Assembly: GCA_038213805.1 (NCBI GenBank)
Contig: JBBQSO010000041.1
Span: 1-47,162 of the forward strand
Direction: 5' to 3'
DNA length: 47,162 bases
Origin: Planctomycetota bacterium
GTDB lineage: Bacteria; Planctomycetota; UBA11346
In this document: in pieces, positions 45,201-47,162 of the stretch
Numbering within the stretch: position 1 is the first letter of the stretch
Layout of the letters: each line of letters starts with the position of its first letter
The notes under the pieces: model-generated
The model's database searches: none
What the model saw: the letters and a program-made list of their open reading frames with translations, nothing else
What the model was told of the DNA's origin: nothing
Position numbers and translations under genes: made by a program

Positions 45201-47162
45201 ATGGCCACCGCCTCGCCCGACGACCGCCTGCGCGCGAAAGCCGCTGAAGACCCGGCCCTGGCCGTGGCCTGCAAGCGCATTGCTGCGCTTGAGGGCGACA
45301 TCGCCAACCTGCGGCGCGGCATGGTCCAGCAGCTGACCACCAGCGGCAAACTCATGAAGGCGGTGTTCGCCCTCGACAACGACTATTTCGGCGGGCGCTT
45401 CCAGGGGCAGACCAGCCAGGACGGCATGGATCCCTTCCGCGACATCACCGTCGCCACGCACGTGGTCGAGGCGGTCTCGGAGGAGCTCCAGGGCGTCGGC
45501 GCCTTCGCTGACAGCCCGGTCCTGCGTGACGGCATCGCCAACCTCGTCGCCGCGCTCGAAGCGGTGCGCAGCATCGCCCTGAAGATGGAGGAGGCCGGCA
45601 TCGAGGCGGTTGGACTGCCGGTCAAGGCCGGGGGCCTACCCCCGCGCACCTTCCCCGAGAACAACCCGCCCGGCTGCCTGGCCGAGCTGGTCGGCTTCGT
45701 GCGCGACCTGTCGGGCGTGCTGACGCGCACCCGCGACCGCTTCTCGGCCATGCGCATGCTGATCGCCGAAGCCGAGCGCGCGCGCAGCGAGGCCGAGAGT
45801 TCGGTCGAGCCGGTGAACGCCGATCAGGTCGCAGCTGCGGTGACCGGCGAATTGCGCAGCGTCGAGGCCGAACTCGCCGACCTGCGCGCGCGCTTCATCG
45901 CGGAGCAGGACCAGCAGGCCGCTTTGGTCGACGGCCTGCGCGGCGAGCTCGACGTGGCGCGCGATGCGCTCGCCGCCGAGGCTGACGGCCGGACCGCCGA
46001 TCGCGCCGAGGCGCGCAGTCTGGCCGCGGAGATCGCCCGCCTCATCGCCGAGACCCCCGAAGCGACGAGCGACGACCTCGAGATCACGCTGGCGGTGCTG
46101 CGCGACGCGCTCACAGAGGACCAGGACATGGCCGCGGTCATCGCCGCCACCGAAGAGGCGGTGATCGACTGGATCCGCCACACCGGCGCGCGCCACCGCG
46201 CCCAGGAGGAGGAGCTGGCGGGCCTGCGCGCCGCTGCGACCGCGCCCGCCGGCGCAAGCCCCGCCGCCGCCGCGCTGACCGCGCGCCTGGTGGAGCGCGA
46301 GGCCGCGCTCGCCGACACCCGCGCCAAGCTCGCCCAGGCCGAGACCCTTGGCCGCGACGTCGACGCCCTGCGCACCCGGCTCGCCGACACCTCGCGCATC
46401 GCCCAGGCCCAGGGCGACGAGCTCCAGCGCCTGCGCGGTGAGCAGGCCGCGGGTGCCCAGCTCGCCGCCCGCCTCGCCCAGGCCGAGGCCGCCGCCGCCA
46501 GTGCGCGCGAACAGGCCGCCGCGGCCGCCAGCGCCCTGGCCGAGCGCGACGCCCGGCTCGCGAAACTCGACGGTGCCGCGGCCGGGGCCGCCGCCCGCCT
46601 GCAGGACCTGCAGCAGGGTGCGGAGGCCGCGCGCGCCCAGCACCACGCGCACGCCGAGCTCGACCGCACTGCCGATGCCTTGCGCACCCAGCTCGCCACC
46701 GCACAGGCAACCATTGCCCAGCGCGACGCCGAACTGCTGCGCATCACCGAGAGCGCGGCCAGCGAGAAGCGCAAGCGCACCGACAGCGAGCGCATCGCGC
46801 AGGGCGCCGGCGAGCAGCGCCAGCAGCTCGCCGCTGCGCTCGGCGATCTGCAGTCCGTCCGCCATCAGGTCGGCGGGCTGACCGCCACCCTCGCCAGCCG
46901 CGATGGCGAGATGAAGCAGCTGCGCGAGGCGCGCGACGCCGCCGAGGCCAAGCTCACGCAGGCCGAGCAGGCGGCGCGCACCAAGGACGCGGCGCGCGGC
47001 GCCGAGGTCGCCGAGGTGCGCAAGACCCTGACCGCGGTCGAAGGCCGGCTCGACGAGGCGGCCAAGGGCCGGCGCGAGGACCAGGCCGAGCTGGTGCGCC
47101 TGCGCGCCGAAACCGCGCGCCTCAGCGCCGAACTCACCAAGGCCACCGCCAACCTCGACTTC
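45201..47162 (+). CDS. Large coiled-coil protein, truncated by the window edge (>=654 aa)
   Basis: ATG at 45201 (MATASPDDRLRAKAAEDP...) with no in-frame stop to the end of the window, so absent from the ORF track; Ala/Glu/Arg/Leu-rich heptad pattern. Confidence 0.85.
   Translation, partial: MATASPDDRLRAKAAEDPALAVACKRIAALEGDIANLRRGMVQQLTTSGKLMKAVFALDNDYFGGRFQGQTSQDGMDPFRDITVATHVVEAVSEELQGVGAFADSPVLRDGIANLVAALEAVRSIALKMEEAGIEAVGLPVKAGGLPPRTFPENNPPGCLAELVGFVRDLSGVLTRTRDRFSAMRMLIAEAERARSEAESSVEPVNADQVAAAVTGELRSVEAELADLRARFIAEQDQQAALVDGLRGELDVARDALAAEADGRTADRAEARSLAAEIARLIAETPEATSDDLEITLAVLRDALTEDQDMAAVIAATEEAVIDWIRHTGARHRAQEEELAGLRAAATAPAGASPAAAALTARLVEREAALADTRAKLAQAETLGRDVDALRTRLADTSRIAQAQGDELQRLRGEQAAGAQLAARLAQAEAAAASAREQAAAAASALAERDARLAKLDGAAAGAAARLQDLQQGAEAARAQHHAHAELDRTADALRTQLATAQATIAQRDAELLRITESAASEKRKRTDSERIAQGAGEQRQQLAAALGDLQSVRHQVGGLTATLASRDGEMKQLREARDAAEAKLTQAEQAARTKDAARGAEVAEVRKTLTAVEGRLDEAAKGRREDQAELVRLRAETARLSAELTKATANLDF

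Overview
GC-rich bacterial chromosomal window (roughly 70% GC by eye). It is probably from a Planctomycetota/PVC-type organism. That is an inference from the DLG-type Ser/Thr kinase, the FHA-GAF-PP2C protein, an orphan ECF sigma factor and the GRRNVGKS motif in Der. Most genes are housekeeping: carA, carB, ridA, plsY, der, dnaB, aroK, yidD, rnpA, two hsp20, rpsB, tsf, purT, a ROK kinase, ppx and ppk1. Accessory content includes a GH63-like glucosidase, a beta-1,3-glucan degradation cluster (GH81, a clan GH-A hydrolase, AraC regulator, SASA esterase), a secreted single-CxxCH protein and a large coiled-coil ORF that runs off the right edge. I found no tRNA, rRNA, CRISPR array, transposase, integrase or prophage gene. 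The most distinctive non-gene signals are: (i) a recurring family of intergenic cassettes built from 7-8 nt tandem repeats, usually in inverted orientation around a short spacer, including 31-bp and 36-bp perfect inverted repeats; (ii) a -10-like hexamer 6-8 nt before the ATG of eight genes that lack an obvious SD, suggesting widespread leaderless transcription; (iii) two sigma54-type promoters, one pointing antisense; (iv) a ~90% AT island upstream of the coiled-coil gene. All calls come from reading the sequence; no searches were run.
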